Below are positions 61,301 to 64,000 of a DNA stretch of 64,000 nucleotides, one piece after another. The translations under genes were made by a program, and so were the position numbers. Below the pieces are notes generated by a model that ran no database searches, was not told where the DNA came from, and saw nothing but the letters and a program-made list of their open reading frames with translations. Source of the DNA: Lophium mytilinum. Taxonomy: Eukaryota. Location: contig MU004204.1 in the NCBI GenBank assembly GCA_010093605.1, forward strand, positions 266,959 to 330,958. Direction: 5' to 3'. Within the stretch, counting starts at the first letter, position 1, and every line of letters starts with the position of its first letter.

Positions 61301-64000
61301 AGAGTTAGGCTGTAGTATATAACTATCTATAAATAATAAAAAGTATATAACTATTCTACTACTAATATAAGCTCTAGTAGTAGTTTCTTATATTTATATT
61401 ATAGAATAGCCTCTAGTATTATAGCTATAACGCTACTGCCTCTATAGCTTCTTCTTTCTATTTACTTCTTCTATATTTCTTATTTCCCTCTATATTAGTA
61501 TACTTTACTTCTTCTATCTATATTTTAGGTTACTACTTCTCTATTTATAGTCTCTTCTATTATACTTCTAACCTTAGAAGTTAGAATACTATTATTTTAT
61601 AACCTAGCCTATAGTATACTTATATACTAGAAGATAATAAAAATATATACTCTCTATCTAGTAGGGTAGTTATAGAACCTAAAATATACTTAAAGAAATA
61701 GGCTAGAGTCTCTTTTAAAATATAAGAATATAGAGAGTATACTATAATAATTATAGATAATCTTATATAATTCTAGATAATCTTATATAGTACTATAAGA
61801 AGAGTTAGAGATATTAGAGTAGAGATAGCTTTATTTTCCCTCTTTCTACCGCGTTATTATATAGTAGATAGTTATCTATTACTAGTATATATAAGGGCTA
61901 GGTTATCCCTATAATACTAGATTAAAGTATATCTAGCGCTAGTAATAGAGTATATATTCTATTTACCCGCTTATTTTCTAAGAAAAGTAGGGCTAGAGAA
62001 GTAGTAGTTAGGGTAGAGTTAAAAGCTAGTAGAAAATATAAATATATAGTTATATATAGTAGTTAGAAAGATTAAGAGCTATATATATAAAAGATTATAC
62101 TAGAACTAAGGCGCTATTATATAGAGTAGAGTAGAAGGAATAGAAAAACTTAGTAGAAAAAAAATTCTATAAAGTAGAGTAGAAGAAATAGAGAAACCTA
62201 GTAGATAAAAAAGCTTATAGAGTAAAGTAGAAGAAATAAAGAAGCTTAGTAAATAATATAAGCTAGTAATACTAGAGTATATTACCTTTATCTAATATAG
62301 CTCTATAGAACTATACTAGTTTAACTACTAACCTAGATATTAGTATACTATTAGCTTTCTATTATAGTAGATACTATTAGTAAGCTATACCTATATACTA
62401 TCTCTTATTCTCTATATTCTAGCTTTTTAAATAAGTTTCTACTAGCTTTAGCTTCTACTATAATTTATTAGTATATGTAATTTTAATATCTACTATATTT
62501 TAAATAGTTAGCCTTAAGTTAATCTCTACTATAACTCTTCTACCTTTTTAACTCTTACTACTTTCTACTACTCTATAGTATAGAGAAAGAAATGCAGGGT
62601 AGGCTTTTATATCTATAGAATAGAGAAGAATAGTCCTATTATATATATAGGTAGGCGCTAGAAATTTAAGGCTTAGGTGTATATCTTTTAACTAATAGTT
62701 ACTATATACTTTTCTCTTAAGTATACTATTAAAATCTTATATAAGTATATCTTTATAGTAGTATACTATTATTACTAATAGTTATTCTTAATTAGCCTTA
62801 GGTTTAATCCCTTATATTATAGCTTAACGCGCTAGGTATTATAACTATAGAATATCTCTAAATAGGTATTATAAGACTAGTAGTATTTTTAAGTATATAT
62901 AGTTTAGGGGGTTTATATTAAAAGTAGATAGATAAGTAGTTTTTAAGTTAGAGCTTAGAGTAAGAATAGGCTTTAAGATATAAGGTATATATATATACTA
63001 CGCATCTATTAAAAGTTAACTTAATAGTAGTATAAAAATATAGAAGGTATATAGAGAGTATATATAGATAGACTTATATAGTTCTATTTAAGGCTGCTTT
63101 CTACCTATATATATACTAGAAAATTAGTAATTTCTTAAGAAGGTACTTACTATACTAAGTATATACGCCTTCTATATCTACTTTTAAATATCTCTTAGAT
63201 AATATTAGAGGAGTAGAAAATAGTAGAGTTAGTATTCTTTTCTTTATTTCTTACTATATAAGTATATATAATTTCTAAGGCCTTCTTAATACTAGTCTAA
63301 GCTATAATTAGGCCTATTTTAGCCTTATATAAGGCTGCCTCCACCGCCTTTAAGCTATCTAGGTCTTCTATAGATAATACCTCCTCTATAGTATTTTCTT
63401 TATTCTAGTTAACTTTCTTTATCTAGTTCTTTCTATTATTAAAGTAGTATATATTTAATTTATCTTTATCTTCTATAAGGTTTATAGGCTCTAGTTTATT
63501 AGATAGCGCTTTATATTTATTCTTTAAGGTTACACCTTAAGTCTCTTATTCTAATACTACTATTTCTAAGTTCTTCTCTCTAGCCTTAGCTATTACTAAG
63601 GTCTCTAGTAATAATAGCGCCTTTTATATACTTCTAGTCTTCTAGTATATTAAGATCTATAGCTTATCTATAAAGATATAGGTCTCTAGTAATAATAGCG
63701 CCGCTTATATACTTCTAGTCTTCTAGAATATTAAAATCTATAGCTTAACTATAAGAATATACTTAGTATAAATTTAGACTTCTAGTTAGAGATTATAGTT
63801 ATTTTTTTCCTCTTTTTCCCTATATATAGCTATATAGTAGCTAATAGCCTTACCTAAAGTAGTATAATTTAAGTAGAATAATATTAGGTTTATAAGGCTA
63901 ACTTTAAATATAGAACTATCTTTAGAGTTAATAAAGTAGGTATATATTAGTAAGAGAACTAAATATAGATTAGTAAATATATAATCTTCTTATATATAGT
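58400..64000. mobile_element. RIP-mutated AT-rich repeat/transposon relic block, family not identifiable
   Basis: Abrupt GC drop, extreme TpA excess, near absence of CpA/TpG, surviving GCGC/GGCGCC islands and no ORFs in the track. Confidence 0.85.

Overview
Eukaryotic DNA from a filamentous ascomycete (Pezizomycotina): short GT-AG introns with CTRAC branch sites, a Zn2Cys6 factor and a RIP-type AT-rich block. Positions 1-56,200 hold about 26 spliced or intronless genes. In order: a fungal TF-like gene, two tandem Gly/Met-rich paralogues, a five-enzyme block (ALDH, SDR, flavin-binding protein, alpha/beta hydrolase, EthD), Ste23/insulysin, a degron-rich Acm1-like protein, a decayed MFS transporter, ribokinase, a stop-interrupted orphan, YjbQ, complex I NDUFS6, an Mpp6-like protein, two unknown genes, SPO11 head-to-head with the CAF-1 large subunit, a membrane pepsin-like pseudoprotease, a Zn2Cys6 TF, an aldo-keto reductase, a divergent pair of small SET-domain paralogues, a DPP5 peptidase with one in-frame TAG, and a PTR2 transporter. 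From about 58,400 to the end the DNA is heavily RIP-mutated. The best leads are the Acm1-like APC/C pseudosubstrate, the SET pair, the TAG at a conserved Trp of DPP5, the enzyme block and the GGM-repeat pair. Gene models were spliced by eye, family calls are motif recognition from memory, and no searches were run.
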